Shown here piece by piece: positions 53,929-64,000 of a DNA stretch of 64,000 nucleotides. The DNA is from an uncultured Chlamydiae bacterium. Lineage in GTDB: Bacteria > Chlamydiota > Chlamydiia > Chlamydiales > SM23-39. The notes under the pieces were generated by a model, which worked only from the letters and a program-made list of their open reading frames with translations, did no database searches and was not told the origin of the DNA. The translations under genes and the position numbers were made by a program. The stretch is from assembly GCA_963730605.1 (NCBI GenBank), contig CAVSSM010000001.1, positions 224,001-288,000 on the forward strand, read 5' to 3'. The number at the start of each line of letters is the position of its first letter. Position 1 is the stretch's first letter.

Positions 53929-54297
53929 TTAGGCCTTAGCGGAAATGAGGGCGGCGTATTCCTTTGCACTCAAAAGGCGGCTCAGCTCTTTCGGATTAGA
54001 GAGCTCGATTTCAAAAATCCATCCCGAAGATTCAGGATCCACATTGAGGGCATGGGGATCCTTATGGAGAACTTCATGGACGGCTAAGATCGTCCCAGAC
54101 ACTGGCGCATAGACATCGGCCGCCGCCTTAGTCGACTCAAGGACGCAAATCTCAACGCCCGCCTGGACTTTCTGACCCACTTTGGGAAGTTCGACGTACA
54201 CGATCTCCCCGAGCTCGCTTCGAGCGTGCTTGGTAATCCCGATCTTCCCCTTATTTCCCGATACGGAAATCCATTCGTGAGAATCGGTGAAAAGCAT
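53929..54297 (-). CDS. gcvH: Glycine cleavage system H protein
   Basis: SHEW, LGEIVYVELP and LESTKAA (lipoyl Lys). Confidence 0.95.
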   Translation of the reverse strand: MLFTDSHEWISVSGNKGKIGITKHARSELGEIVYVELPKVGQKVQAGVEICVLESTKAAADVYAPVSGTILAVHEVLHKDPHALNVDPESSGWIFEIELSNPKELSRLLSAKEYAALISAKA

Positions 54298-54298
54298 G

Positions 54299-54937
54299 CT
54301 AGTCCTTGATCAATTTCAGAGTGCCCCAGGTCGCCGGATGCTGTTCGATCGTGTACTCCTCTGAAGAGACGGCGAAATGTTGAGGGAGGCCGCCGGTCCG
54401 ATTGATCCGATATGTAAACCCAATCCTAGGAAAACTCAAAGGATCGTAGCCGTGCAGGCACGCCGAGGGAATCTCGAGAAGAAGTGTATAAGAATCATCC
54501 TCCAAATCAGGGGTCACTTGCAGATCTTCAGGATGGCAAAGGCGGTGGATGTCCTCTCCGCGGAATCGAGTGATCTCGCGGCCATAGAAATTTTGCACTT
54601 GCACGGGAAAAAATACGAAGTGGTGGCAGAAGCGGGAAACAACGCCTTTCGTCTTCAAATCGCGGGTATCTATGAAAAGTTCGATCGAATCGCCTCTCCT
54701 AAAATCCCCATCCCCCACATTTTGAAAAGCGGCTCTCGAAACGATCAAAAAAGAGAGTTTATCTACGGTCCAACTTGTGTAGACGTCGGCAAAAGCATCT
54801 TCGCCCAAAAGATCGGAGGTGGATGGCAAAAGATATGACTTGTCAGGTTTTAAGAGGTGTTTCGAATAAAGGCAATCGGAACTCAAGCCAAAAAACTGGA
54901 TGGGAGATAGAGCGGGAAGATCTTCAAAAAGGCTCAT
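54299..54937 (-). CDS. Conserved hypothetical protein (possible CBM9-like fold)
   Basis: DSIELFIDTRD motif. Translationally coupled within the operon. Confidence 0.6.
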   Translation of the reverse strand: MSLFEDLPALSPIQFFGLSSDCLYSKHLLKPDKSYLLPSTSDLLGEDAFADVYTSWTVDKLSFLIVSRAAFQNVGDGDFRRGDSIELFIDTRDLKTKGVVSRFCHHFVFFPVQVQNFYGREITRFRGEDIHRLCHPEDLQVTPDLEDDSYTLLLEIPSACLHGYDPLSFPRIGFTYRINRTGGLPQHFAVSSEEYTIEQHPATWGTLKLIKD

Positions 54938-57231
54938 TGAACGCTCTCCTTTGGAAGGATGATCGAACTCTTCTGCAATATCGACTCCAAAAGCTTTTCG
55001 GCAAGATAGCGTTGAGCATCCGCGGCAATCGATTGCCGGCCAAAGATGATTTGCTCAAAGATAGGAGTCTCGCACGGTTTTTTGTCGATTAAATAAAAAA
55101 AGGAGAGCTCCCCGCTCGGCGGGACTCGGATCGGAGACCATTCATTGGGCATCATGACAAATGCTTTTTCTTTCATCCACTCCTCCTGGCGAGTCCGTTG
55201 GATCGACAGCTCGCTCTCTTCAAGTTTAAATTGGTCATTTGCATTTTTTGAACTCCACAGCGAATGTTCAGGATCGGCTCGAAGATCTTGATACGCCGAC
55301 TGAGTGGCCGGAAAAAGCCGCATCTGGGCCCGCAAGTCGTCGGTCCATTCCCACTTCTTTAGTCCCTCGATCGCCTGGAAAACATCGGCAAAATAAAGTT
55401 GTGCTAATTCAGATTTTACCTCGGAAAAAGGCTTCCAAGAGCCATTTTCTGACATAAAATTAGATGGATATTTGGCTCTCATTTTCGGGTATGCGGCAGA
55501 GAGGATACGGTCTGCCATCTGGCTAAGCAAACCTTGGCTTTTCGCCTCGTGGAAGGTTAAAATATGGGGAGGCAGGATCTCTTCCACTTCTTCAAACAGG
55601 TATTGCATTTTTCCATCGTCAGAGTAGTGAAGAAGCGCCTCTTTCGCTGATCCGTCGCCGCTCGCTGCCTTTTGCAGCAAACCATAAAGGCGCCATGGCT
55701 TTTCGACTTTGGCCGTTGAGCTTGCTTTAGAAATCGAGATCGTCTGCTCCTGTCTAGCTTCTGGTCTAGCTTCTGGTCTGGCCTCGGGACTCGCGAAGTT
55801 CTCCAACGCCGCTTCTATCCACTCGGGATGCCGATCTAAAATACGGAGGCGCGCATACGAGTCGACTTGCGAGCGCTGCTCTGATGATAGCTCTTCCAAA
55901 CTCTCGAACCGCTCTTCTCTCGAACATCCCACGGGAAGAAAGGGAAAAAAACCTTTTAAGGCATCCCAGTTCTTTTCTTCGAGCTGCCATTCCCACACTT
56001 CTTTGACCGGAGCCCTTAGCGCTACTTGAGAAAGAGACACGTCTTTGACTTTTGCCTTATATGTGGATTGGACAAGTTCTGGATAGTCTGCTTCCACAAG
56101 CTCTCGCGGTTTGAGCTCGGCAGGAAGTCCCAATGGATCCTCAAGTGGCCATGCTACAGCGGCAAGGTAGAATTGGAATTGGATCAAATCCTCAATGTTT
56201 TTCAAGCGGAGAGCTTCCGGCCATTGATACACTCTGACGTTCGCCGTCTCATTGGCGTACGCAGCATAATTCTTGAATGAGAGGCGGTCCATGAAAGCGG
56301 TTTGAGAAGAGACTCCTTGGAAATACTTTCTGAAAAGGAGAACTTTGCGCCACAGCTCGGCGGCCTTTGTCTCCTCAAATCCAAGGCTCCTGAGATGCTC
56401 TGAAAAAGAGATTGCCGGCTGCGGCTTGCCGGGGGGATGGATTCTTTGCAGCGAAGTTTGAAAATTGACGAGCAGATCGCCTTTCGCCTCTTCCAAAGTT
56501 ACCTCAATTCCCTTCACTTTAGCAAGGGCGGCTCCGTTCAGGATGAACTCAACAGCGATCGTCAGGAAATCGTTGCCGAACCAGTCCGACAAGGAATGAA
56601 ACCCAAAAAGAGAGAGGTCGCTGTGCGGAAGCGCCGGATCGATTTGCTTCCCTAGCTGCTGATGGTGGAAGTACAAAATTTTCTTAAGGGTGTCGGCGGT
56701 CAAATACTGCTGCTGCTGGTAGAGCCGTGCAAGATGGGAAAACGTGCTTACACTTGCTTCCTTTTCCTCTTTAAGGCTCCTGTATTCTTGCCCCATCTCC
56801 GGCAAAAACCGGTTCCAAACGGCCTCGGCGCTTAAAATAGGCGCGTGCGGATGGGCATAATGCCGGTAGCGCTTCGCGCGGTCCAGGCGAGCGTCAAACT
56901 CTGGCTTCATCGCTTCGAAATAGGAGGCGACGAGCAAATCGGCGACGTTGGTCGTTAAGAGATCATGGCGTATGACTCCGTCATTGCAGAGGTTCGGAAG
57001 AAGCCCGTGCTCTCTCTGATCTTCGCGATCCGTCCCAATGAATCGAGAGAGGCCCCGCACTTCAGAGAGCATCAAGGGAGACCCATCCACAGCATGCGCG
57101 ACAATCGAGTCTTCCCTTTTTTCATCCTTGGAAAAAGTGGAATAAGTACCAAAGAGTGAAAATGACGCGATGATGACGATCGTGATGGCAATGAAAAAAT
57201 ATCGCTGATACCTGCGGAAGAATTCCAGCAT
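54934..57231 (-). CDS. Chlamydial CT283-like protein with SurA/PpiD-like N-terminus
   Basis: MLEFFRRYQRYFFIAITIVIIASF N-terminus, plus synteny with gcvH, lplA and clpC. Confidence 0.65.
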   Translation of the reverse strand: MLEFFRRYQRYFFIAITIVIIASFSLFGTYSTFSKDEKREDSIVAHAVDGSPLMLSEVRGLSRFIGTDREDQREHGLLPNLCNDGVIRHDLLTTNVADLLVASYFEAMKPEFDARLDRAKRYRHYAHPHAPILSAEAVWNRFLPEMGQEYRSLKEEKEASVSTFSHLARLYQQQQYLTADTLKKILYFHHQQLGKQIDPALPHSDLSLFGFHSLSDWFGNDFLTIAVEFILNGAALAKVKGIEVTLEEAKGDLLVNFQTSLQRIHPPGKPQPAISFSEHLRSLGFEETKAAELWRKVLLFRKYFQGVSSQTAFMDRLSFKNYAAYANETANVRVYQWPEALRLKNIEDLIQFQFYLAAVAWPLEDPLGLPAELKPRELVEADYPELVQSTYKAKVKDVSLSQVALRAPVKEVWEWQLEEKNWDALKGFFPFLPVGCSREERFESLEELSSEQRSQVDSYARLRILDRHPEWIEAALENFASPEARPEARPEARQEQTISISKASSTAKVEKPWRLYGLLQKAASGDGSAKEALLHYSDDGKMQYLFEEVEEILPPHILTFHEAKSQGLLSQMADRILSAAYPKMRAKYPSNFMSENGSWKPFSEVKSELAQLYFADVFQAIEGLKKWEWTDDLRAQMRLFPATQSAYQDLRADPEHSLWSSKNANDQFKLEESELSIQRTRQEEWMKEKAFVMMPNEWSPIRVPPSGELSFFYLIDKKPCETPIFEQIIFGRQSIAADAQRYLAEKLLESILQKSSIILPKESVQ
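55753..55788 (-). repeat. In-frame 12-bp tandem repeat x3 (PEAR)3
   Basis: TCTAGCTTCTGG x2 plus degenerate TCTGGCCTCGGG. Confidence 0.8.
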
Positions 57232-57280
57232 GTTCCCTCAAGAAAAGATCACGATCTTACCAGATTAGCCACTTTTAGTA

Positions 57281-57441
57281 AACGCGAGTCCGGATAACAA
57301 AGTAGAGCTGATCTGCAAATCCTCGCTGGCAGAAGGCCGTGCTCGTCCGTAGGGGCATTCCGCTATGGACTTCGCCCGGCCGCTTAAAATCTGCAGAGCG
57401 ATCCCTTTGCATCTCAGCCTTTGTCATCCGAAACTCGCGTT
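57281..57441. mobile_element. Palindromic element/MITE family B, copy 2 (at the proS stop)
   Basis: AACGCGAGTCCGGATAACAAAG...CTTTGTCATCCGAAACTCGCGTT flanked by AGTA. Confidence 0.85.
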
Positions 57442-58948
57442 AGTAAGCTTTGGCAAAAAGGACCCGGCGAGGGCTTTTATGCCCGGTGAAGAGGCAATGG
57501 CCAGGCTCTGATTCCCCATCGAGAGGAATGCAGCGGATGGTCACGTTGAGATCTTCTTTCACCTTCGCTTCGATGGCGGGATCCCCATTCCAATGACAGA
57601 GGGCGAATCCTCCATGGATCTCATCCCCGCCTGTGAAAAAATCGTTGAAATCGCTCTTCTTGTCGATCTTGACGGTATGCTGATTGCGGAAGCGGAGCGC
57701 TTTTCGATAAAGCTCTTCTTGAACCTCATCGAGGATTTGGGGGATTCGAGAGACAAGCTCGGCGCGGACGACTGAGGTCGTCTCTTTATGAGGTTTGTCG
57801 CGCCGGGCAAGGCTCAACTGCTCTGCTTCCATTTCGCGGGGGCCGATTTCAAGCCTGAGCGGAATCCCTTTCTTGATCCACCCCCAAGTCTTTTCTCCGC
57901 CGCGGAGGTCCCTCTTGTCGACGATCACTTGCAAGGGAAGACCATGATAATGAACCGAGCGCAAACTTTTCGCCAGCTCTTCGCAATAGGAAAGGACGAC
58001 CTCTCGCGTTTCCGCATCATGGACGATGGGAATAAGAACTAAGTGGGCCGCAGCGATTCTCGGCGGCAAGACGAGGCCATCGTCATCGCTGTGGGTCATG
58101 ATGAGCCCGCCGATCATGCGGGTCGTCGACCCCCAAGAAGTGGTCCATCCGAATTCCCTCTCCCCGCTAATGGATTGGAACTGGATTCCGCACGCTTTCG
58201 AGAAATTTTGGCCGAGGAAATGGGAAGTGCCCCCTTGGATCGCTTTTCGGTCTTGCATCATCCCTTCAACCGTGTAGGTATTGACGGCGCCCGGGAACCT
58301 TTCGGAAGTCGTTTTTTCCCCTTTGATGACCGGGATCGCCAGCGTGTGGTGATTGAAATCGGCATAGACCTGAAGCATTTTCTTCGCTTCTTCCTCGGCT
58401 TCAACTCTTGTCGCATGAACCGTATGCCCTTCCTGCCAGAGAAATTCGGTCGTGCGCAAAAACATCCGGGTCCTCATTTCCCAGCGGACGATATTGCACC
58501 ATTGGTTGATCAAAATCGGCAGGTCGCGGTACGACTCGACCCATTTGGCAAACGTGTGGCCGACGATCATTTCGGAGGTCGGGCGGACGACCAGCGGCTC
58601 TTCGAGCTCTCCCGCAGGCACCAATTTTCCCGCGCTGTTCTTCTCCAGCCGATGATGGGTGACGACTGCGCATTCTTTCGCAAAACCCTCGACATGTTCC
58701 GCTTCTTTTTCCAAGTAGCTGAGCGGAATGAATAGAGGAAAATAGGCGTTGGCATGCCCCGTCTCTTTGAATTTCGCGTCAAGGATCCGCTGCATGTTTT
58801 CCCAGATCGCATACCCCCAGGGCTTGATGACCATGCATCCCCGGACCGGCGAATGCTCAGCCAAGTCGGCGGCCTTCAAAACGCTTTGGTACCATTCGGG
58901 ATAGTTTTCGCTTCGCGTTGGAATGATGGCAGTCCGTATCTTCGACAT
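57440..58948 (-). CDS. proS: Prolyl-tRNA synthetase (archaeal/eukaryote-like family)
   Basis: VRGCMVIKPWG, RPTSE, FLRTTEFLWQEGH, GTSHFLGQNF and C-terminal FAKAY. Confidence 0.95.
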   Translation of the reverse strand: MSKIRTAIIPTRSENYPEWYQSVLKAADLAEHSPVRGCMVIKPWGYAIWENMQRILDAKFKETGHANAYFPLFIPLSYLEKEAEHVEGFAKECAVVTHHRLEKNSAGKLVPAGELEEPLVVRPTSEMIVGHTFAKWVESYRDLPILINQWCNIVRWEMRTRMFLRTTEFLWQEGHTVHATRVEAEEEAKKMLQVYADFNHHTLAIPVIKGEKTTSERFPGAVNTYTVEGMMQDRKAIQGGTSHFLGQNFSKACGIQFQSISGEREFGWTTSWGSTTRMIGGLIMTHSDDDGLVLPPRIAAAHLVLIPIVHDAETREVVLSYCEELAKSLRSVHYHGLPLQVIVDKRDLRGGEKTWGWIKKGIPLRLEIGPREMEAEQLSLARRDKPHKETTSVVRAELVSRIPQILDEVQEELYRKALRFRNQHTVKIDKKSDFNDFFTGGDEIHGGFALCHWNGDPAIEAKVKEDLNVTIRCIPLDGESEPGHCLFTGHKSPRRVLFAKAY

Positions 58949-58954
58949 AATCAG

Positions 58955-59687
58955 TCAATTATACGGAGCTCTGGACAATTTTGACAACAGCTCTTGAGTT
59001 AGTCGCTCCCGGACCTCTCCTTTCGTCTCTTTGAGCAAGCGGGGGTTCCAGCTAGGCCCAAGCGGAGCAAAGGTAGTGCTGACCATCGCCTCGAGAACAG
59101 CCTGTTTGGAGAGGAGTACGTCCTGCAAAAGATCGATATGGGGCGCGGCTAAAGAAATCGTTCCTTGGTGCAAATAGCCTTGGCTTTTTTTGCGCTGCGC
59201 CGCCCCTGCGATCTTCCTGCCGAGGTAAACCACGTCGTACTGCGTTGGTTTGGCCATGCAAAAATGCTGACAGTCGGGACTTGAGGAGGCGAAATCTTCT
59301 AACGTCAGGGCCGCCTCCGGGACATGAAATAAACTCCCCACGGCTTTGAGCACTGCGTCGTTCACGAACCGATAGTTTTCCAGCGTGTAGAGAGAAAACG
59401 CCGGGTGGGCGGAAGGCATTAGGAACGAGAAGGCAAAGTCCCAGATATGGAAGACGATCCCCCCGCCCGTCGGGCGTCTTCCTAATCCGAGCCCTCTCGA
59501 TTTGGCTTTTTCCAAGTCCAGGTGCTTTTCGGGGCCGACGAAATATCCAAAAGTAGCCGAGGGACGCTCCCATTCATAGAAATGGAGGATCGGCTTGGCA
59601 CTTAGGACTTAAGTGTTCGAGCATCTCAGCGTCTCGATCCATATTTGCTTGAGCGGCAGCGGTTCCGGTATCGAGAACTTGAAGCAT
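58955..59687 (-). CDS. lplA: Lipoate-protein ligase A family (frameshift near 59600)
   Basis: NMDRD, RRPTGGGIVFH, KIAGAAQ and HQGTI. Confidence 0.85.
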
Positions 59688-59809
59688 AAAAATTTTTCCT
59701 TCACAAAGAAATTAGAGGCCGTTATTAGACAGATCTTAATGATATCATCGGGATACGGGATCGTCGAGAAAATTCTCGAACCAGTGTAAAATAGAGAGCG
59801 AGGGAGACT

Positions 59810-62364
59810 ATGTTTGATAAATTCACCAATCGAGCCAAACAAGTCATCAAGCTCGCCAAAAAAGAGGCGCAGCGACTGAACCACAATTACTTAGGCACAG
59901 AGCACGTCCTTCTGGGCCTGATGAAGCTCGGCCAGGGGATTGCGGTCAATGTCCTGCGCAATCTCAATCTCGACTATGAAACGATCCGCACCGAAGTAGA
60001 AAGAATCGTCGGCTTTGGTCCTGAAATTCAGGTCTATGGAGATCCTGCCCTCACAGGAAAAGTAAAAAAAGTTTTTGAATTTGCCAATGAAGAGGCGGCC
60101 AACCTCAACCACAATTATGTCGGGACGGAACACCTGCTCCTCGCCCTTCTGCGCCAAACAGATGGCGTTGCAGCGCAGGTACTTGAAAATCTCAATGTCA
60201 ACCTGAAAGAAGTGCGCAAAGAAGTCCTGAAAGAACTCGAGACATTCAATCTCCAGCTCCCCCCGATGGGCGCCAGCGCCTCCACATCCATCCTGCGGCT
60301 CCTCCCGGCAGCGGCCACAACCAAGATCGGATAACAGGCCCGTCCAGCAGCTGATAAAATGCCTGCTCTGCGCGCCTACGGCCATGATCTGACCGAATGT
60401 GCCGCGAAGGAAAAATGGATCCGGTCATCGGCCGCCGCGACGAAGTGGAGCGGCTGATTCTGATCCTCTGCCGCCGCCGTAAAAACAACCCTGTCCTCAT
60501 CGGAGAAGCAGGCGTTGGAAAAACAGCGATCGTCGAAGGGCTTGCCCAAGCGATTGTGAGAGGCGAAGTTCCCGATAATTTGCGCAAGAAAAAGCTGATT
60601 TCTCTCGATTTGACCCTCATGATCGCCGGCACGAAATACCGCGGCCAATTCGAAGAGCGGATCAAAGCGGTCATGGATGAGATCAAGAAGAACGGCAACG
60701 TTCTGCTCTTCATCGACGAGATCCATACAATCGTCGGCGCAGGCGCTGCTGAAGGAGCCATCGACGCCTCCAATATTCTTAAAGCCCGCCCTTTCTCGCG
60801 GAGAAATCCAGTGCATCGGCGCCACGACGCTCGATGAATACCGAAAACACATCGAAAAAGATCCCGCCCTCGAGCGTCGATTCCAAAAAATCATCGTTCA
60901 GCCCCCGACTGTCGAAGAGAGCATCGCGATTCTCATGGGCCTCAAACCGAAATATGAAGAGCATCACCACTGCGTCTATACCGATGCGGCGGTCAAAGCC
61001 GCTGTCACTCATGTCGGACCGCTATATTTCGGGCCGCTTTTTCCCGATAAAGCGATCGATCTTCTCGATGAAGCCGGCGCTAAGGCGCGCATCTCCATGA
61101 TGCATCAGCCGTCCCATCTCACCGAGCTTGAAGCGCAAGATCGAAGAGGCGCGCATCGCAAAAGAAGAGGCGATCGGCCACCAGGAATATGAAAAAGCGG
61201 CCAAACTGCGCGACAACGAAAAAACATCTGCGCGAAGAGCTGCAAAATCAGCGCAGCCGAATGGGAAACTCATAAAGACGAACACCAGCCCATTGTCGAT
61301 GAAGAAGATATCGCCAATATCGTCGCCAAACAGACCGGCATTCCTGTCACTCGCCTCACAGAAGGAGAGACGGAAAAAGTTCTCAAAATGGAAGAAGCAG
61401 CTCAAAACGAAGATCATCGGCCAAGACGACGCGCTCAACACCGTTTGCCGCGCGATCCGCCGCAGCCGAGCCGACATCAAAGATCCGAACCGCCCCATTG
61501 GCGCCTTCCTCTTCCTCGGGCCCACAGGCGTTGGAAAAACCCATCTCGCCCGCCTGCTCGCATCCCACATGTTTGGCGGCGAAGATGCCCTGATCCAAGT
61601 CGACATGTCCGAGTACATGGAGAAATTTGCGATCAGCCGCATGACCGGATCGCCTCCAGGCTACGTCGGCTATGAAGAAGGCGGCCAGCTCACCGAGCAA
61701 GTGCGCCGGCGTCCCTATTGCGTCGTCCTCTTCGACGAAGTGGAAAAAGCGCACCCCGATGTGATGAATCTCCTCCTCCAAATCCTGGAAGAAGGGCGCC
61801 TCACCGACTCGGTCGGCCGCAAGATCGACTTCCGCAATACGATCATCATCATGACCTCCAACCTCGGCGCCGACCTCATCCGCAAATCGACCGAAGTGGG
61901 CTTCGGAGCGAAAGAGAACGTCATGGACTACAAGATCGATGCAGGAGAAGATCGAAGGCGTCTGTCAAGAAACACTTTAAGCCCGAGTTCATCAACCGCC
62001 TCGATGGTCTCGTCATCTTCAGAACCCTCGACAAAGCATCGCCTTGCGCCAAGTCGTCGACCTCGAGTTCAAAAAACTCAAAGACCGCCTCGCGCAAAAA
62101 GAGATCCACGTCACTCTCGACGATGCAGCCCGCGATTTCCTCGTCGAAAAAGGCTACCTCCCCGAAATGGGCGCACGACCCTTACGCCGCGTGATCGAGC
62201 AATATCTCGAAGATCCGCTCGCAGAAAAACTCCTCCAGCACCCCAATCTGGAAAAGAGCTTCCTCGCCGTGGCCAAAGACGGGGCAATCCAGTTCGTGGA
62301 CCAGGTGACGCTTGACGTGATTCCTGCCGCACCCGAGCCGGCAAAAGCAAAAGCCGAGCGTTGA
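59810..62364 (+). CDS. clpC: ATP-dependent Clp protease ATPase ClpC (multiple frameshifts)
   Basis: Clp N repeats, [25 protein letters not shown] and GARPLRR. Confidence 0.93.
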
Positions 62365-62485
62365 GAGACTAAAGACCGTTGCATAACATCTAATTCCTCA
62401 ACGAGGCCCGCAATCAGTGTTTTGGCTTAATCACAAGTTCGGAGGAAGAAGCAGAACAGGATAAGCAGAATCGCTTCGCGATATG

Positions 62486-64000
62486 GTGGAGTAGGGATGG
62501 AAAACCCACCCCCCTCGTCAAACCGGACTGGCGGGTTTCCCGCATCCGGCTTCCTTCGTAATCTCTCGCCATTGGCTTTCACGCAAACATTCGCTTGCTC
62601 AGTTGTATCACTCCTAACCGTCTCATCTCGCGGTACCATGTTTTGCTATCCGGTGATTTCTTCCACCCTTTCTGTGAACGCCTTTGCAGGAAGCGATATA
62701 CTCGCCCATCTGTGTAGGCATTAATCGCACTAAAGGTTTTGCTCGGATAGCCCTTGTGAAAATATTGCCCCCAACCTCGCAGATATTGATTCAAGGTCTT
62801 CACTACTTCCTCGACTGATTTACATCCATTCTTCGAACTAGTGATTGTCTTGATCTCTTCTCTGGCCTTATTCAGGCTTTTCTTCGACGGTTGTTCCTTG
62901 CAATATTGTCTCCAAGGGGCTCTTTTGAAACTTTGCCGCCGCATGGTGAACCCTAGAAAATCTAACTCTTCCTTAGGTTTCGTTAGATCCTTGATCTTTG
63001 TTTTCTCCCGATTGATTGTGAGTCCAAATCGCCCTTCTATTTCTCCTTCAACCCATGTTATGATTCTCTTTGTGAGATATCGAGCCATGATGACGAAGTC
63101 ATCTGCATACCTCACCAGCACTGCTTTTGCCGTGGTTCCAGGTCCTTGCGTTCCATGGAAAACCTTGTCAAACCAGTGCAGGTAAATGTTTGCTAGAAGA
63201 GGCGAGATCACGCCCCCTTGGGGCGTGCCTCGATCATTCGGATTCATCGGTTTCCCTTCTTCCCAAATGGGGGCTGTTAACCATTTGCGGATCAACTTGA
63301 GTACTTGTTGATCCGCAATTCTTCTCTCGACTGCCTTCATGAGTTTGTCATGTGGAATCGTATCAAAGTACCCCTTGAGATCCGCATCGTAGACTTGCGT
63401 TTTATCCTTGTGGATCGCGTCTTTGATTGCATCAATTGCTTGATGGGCCGACCTTTCGGGCCTAAACCCAAATGAGCATTCCAGGAAATCCTGTTCAAAG
63501 ATAGGTTCGATGATATAGAGCAACGCTGCTTGCACCACTCGGTCTTTTACCGTGGGTATTCCCAGTGGTCTCAGTTTGCCGTCGCTCTTAGGAATATATG
63601 TTCGCTTGACTGGCTTGGGCTGGTAGATTCTGTTGCGTATTTCCTCTTGTATTCCCTTGAGGAATCCACTGACACCTTCCGGACTTGTTTCAATGCTTCG
63701 TATCGTCACATTGTCAACTCCAGCTGCCCCTCCATTCCGCTTAACAACTTTCCAAGCTTCTCGTAGCAGGTCCTCTTTACTCAGGTGCCCGTACAAGGTG
63801 TAGAACCGAAATTTCGGTTCTCGTTTGGCCTTCTGGCCCAGTTTCTCCCTCAATGAAGCAATGCCAGAGATTACTCTCTGTTCCGTAGTAGTTTCCAATC
63901 GGCTCACTCCTTTGTTTCAAAACACAATTACGATAAGGTCCCTTCGCTCCAGAGTCATTACTTCCTTCTTCGCTAATATGGACCTCTCCGACTCCCTCTT
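62486..64000 (-). mobile_element. Group II intron (5' part runs off the window)
   Basis: Domain V AAGCCGGATGCGGGAAACCCGCCAGTCCGGTTT (AGC triad). Domain VI ends CCCTACTCCAC at about 62486. RT ORF lies upstream. Confidence 0.9.
62579..63907 (-). CDS. ltrA: Group II intron reverse transcriptase/maturase (no endonuclease domain)
   Basis: RPLGIPTVKDRVVQ, GTPQGGVISPLLANIYL, YADD, FLGF and domain X LRGWGQYF. Confidence 0.95.
   Translation of the reverse strand: MSRLETTTEQRVISGIASLREKLGQKAKREPKFRFYTLYGHLSKEDLLREAWKVVKRNGGAAGVDNVTIRSIETSPEGVSGFLKGIQEEIRNRIYQPKPVKRTYIPKSDGKLRPLGIPTVKDRVVQAALLYIIEPIFEQDFLECSFGFRPERSAHQAIDAIKDAIHKDKTQVYDADLKGYFDTIPHDKLMKAVERRIADQQVLKLIRKWLTAPIWEEGKPMNPNDRGTPQGGVISPLLANIYLHWFDKVFHGTQGPGTTAKAVLVRYADDFVIMARYLTKRIITWVEGEIEGRFGLTINREKTKIKDLTKPKEELDFLGFTMRRQSFKRAPWRQYCKEQPSKKSLNKAREEIKTITSSKNGCKSVEEVVKTLNQYLRGWGQYFHKGYPSKTFSAINAYTDGRVYRFLQRRSQKGWKKSPDSKTWYREMRRLGVIQLSKRMFA

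Noticed and set aside
62381..62485. GCATAAC as an integron attC half-site
   Set aside because: There is no integrase or cassette array, and the intron is not of the IIC type that targets attC.
62579..63907. RT as a retron, DGR or defence RT
   Set aside because: Domain X and adjacent canonical domains V and VI identify an ordinary group II intron.

Overview
Chromosomal window of an environmental chlamydia (phylum Chlamydiota). The evidence is the Npt1 ATP/ADP translocase, a YtgC-YtgR fusion, and conserved gene order (gnd-lepA-npt1-hypothetical-ytgABCD-dxr-rseP; amiA-murE-ftsI-ftsL-rsmH; gcvH-lplA-clpC). Many core genes carry single-base frameshifts, often in homopolymers, which look like long-read errors. 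Inserted into this backbone are ISAs1, IS630, an IS1634 element with a 299-bp target duplication, a group II intron and a tRNA-Arg island. There are also eukaryote-like effector candidates: an F-box protein, a PI4K-like kinase, a USP-like protein lacking the catalytic Cys, and a TraB/GumN gene hit by three insertions. The most striking unannotated signal is a dense set of at least seven families of 37-245 bp palindromic elements (MITE/RPE-like), most with identifiable target-site duplications (TSDs). They sit at start and stop codons, nest inside each other, insert in frame into a gene, extend a protein C-terminus, and in two operons regenerate ATGA stop-start coupling through short relay ORFs.
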